Source: Phoronis australis | Lineage: Eukaryota > Animalia > Phoronida | DNA length: 64,000 nucleotides | Assembly: GCA_002633005.1 (NCBI GenBank) | Contig: NMRA01000083.1 | Span: forward strand, 711,161-775,160 | Reading direction: 5' to 3' | Shown: one piece after another, positions 63,203 to 64,000 of the stretch | How the letters are laid out: each line of letters opens with the position of its first letter | Numbering within the stretch: the first letter of the stretch is position 1 | Made by a program: the position numbers and the translations under genes | The notes under the pieces: generated by a model | Seen by the model: only the letters and a program-made list of their open reading frames with translations | Database searches by the model: none | Told to the model about the DNA's origin: nothing

Positions 63203-63923
63203 GGCGCTTTTTATTGCCCATCTTACCAGAGATTACCTATTATACTTATTTACCTGTATTCATTTTATTGTAATTGTACTAGTCCTAATAAATGACCTTA
63301 TATCACCTACATCAGTCTCCTTTCATCTCTGGTAACGAGCTTGCGACGCACGTATCATTTATCTATTATCCGGGACATATGTCGATCATAAATGGTATTT
63401 CACTCGTTAAATATATTTATGTGAGCATATAGACTCGCCTTACTCCTTTTCCCCCTCATCTTGGTCTATTCCATTATTCCCTTGTGTAGGACTACACGAC
63501 GTTTTTCCAGCCTTCGCATTGGTCTGTTGTTATCACGTGCCTAGAGTTTGGTCAGCTCTTGGCTCTTATAGGCTGAGGATTGTCACGTGTCTTTAGGGGC
63601 GTTTTTCTTTGTTATTGTAACCTCACTTTCAATTCACTTTGTTCCGGCCACATTGTCGTACGTCAAAACTCATTCAATTTTCCCACCCTTTTCCTCCCAG
63701 TTTTCGTCATTCTCTCGTACTTCCACGTGGCCGGCGCTTTTTATTGCCCATCTTATCAGAGATTACCTATTATACTTATTTACCTGTATTCATTTTATTG
63801 TAATTGTACTAGTCATAATAAATGACCTTATATCGCCTACATCAGTCTCCTTTCATCTCTGGTAACGAGCTTGCGACGCACGTATCATTTATCTATTATC
63901 CGGGACATATGTCGATCATAAAT
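63203..63923 (+). repeat. 191-bp direct repeat pair, 530 bp apart
   Basis: 3 mismatches seen in 191 bp. Confidence 0.95.
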
Positions 63924-64000
63924 AAAATTATTTCAATGAAAACCCATCAGTTTCAATTACTTGCACCATGACATGACCGAGGAAAATCCAACAGCTGCTA

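Larger units (their letters stand above)
62043..63923 (+). mobile_element. 5'-truncated Ngaro-type tyrosine-recombinase retrotransposon
   Basis: YR C-terminal ORF followed by split direct repeats B1 63203-63393, spacer (A2) 63394-63732 and B2 63733-63923; strongly C-rich plus strand. Confidence 0.85.

Overview
AT-rich, intron-containing animal genomic DNA, probably from a marine invertebrate deuterostome such as an echinoderm or hemichordate (taxon is an inference). Two complete multi-exon genes were rebuilt by hand from splice sites and protein similarity, arranged head-to-head. One is a BANP/SMAR1 (BEN-domain) orthologue on the minus strand (11 coding exons, 26900->16668, ~474 aa). The other is a KDELC/POGLUT2-3 protein O-glucosyltransferase on the plus strand (10 coding exons, 30699->41720, ~509 aa, with KDEL alone on the last coding exon). 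The rest is largely transposon debris: Kolobok-like TTAA-flanked elements (one with a THAP remnant and its own empty site elsewhere in the window), several MITE families, and a 5'-truncated Ngaro-type tyrosine-recombinase retrotransposon with B1-A2-B2 split repeats. There is also a 32-bp minisatellite, and three near-identical duplications sit next to single-N gaps and look like uncollapsed haplotypes. Most ORF-track entries are spurious. I see no clear new biological system. The most unusual item is a promoter/first-exon-like segment (13.4-14.0 kb) that recurs in three pieces around the BANP/KDELC promoter.
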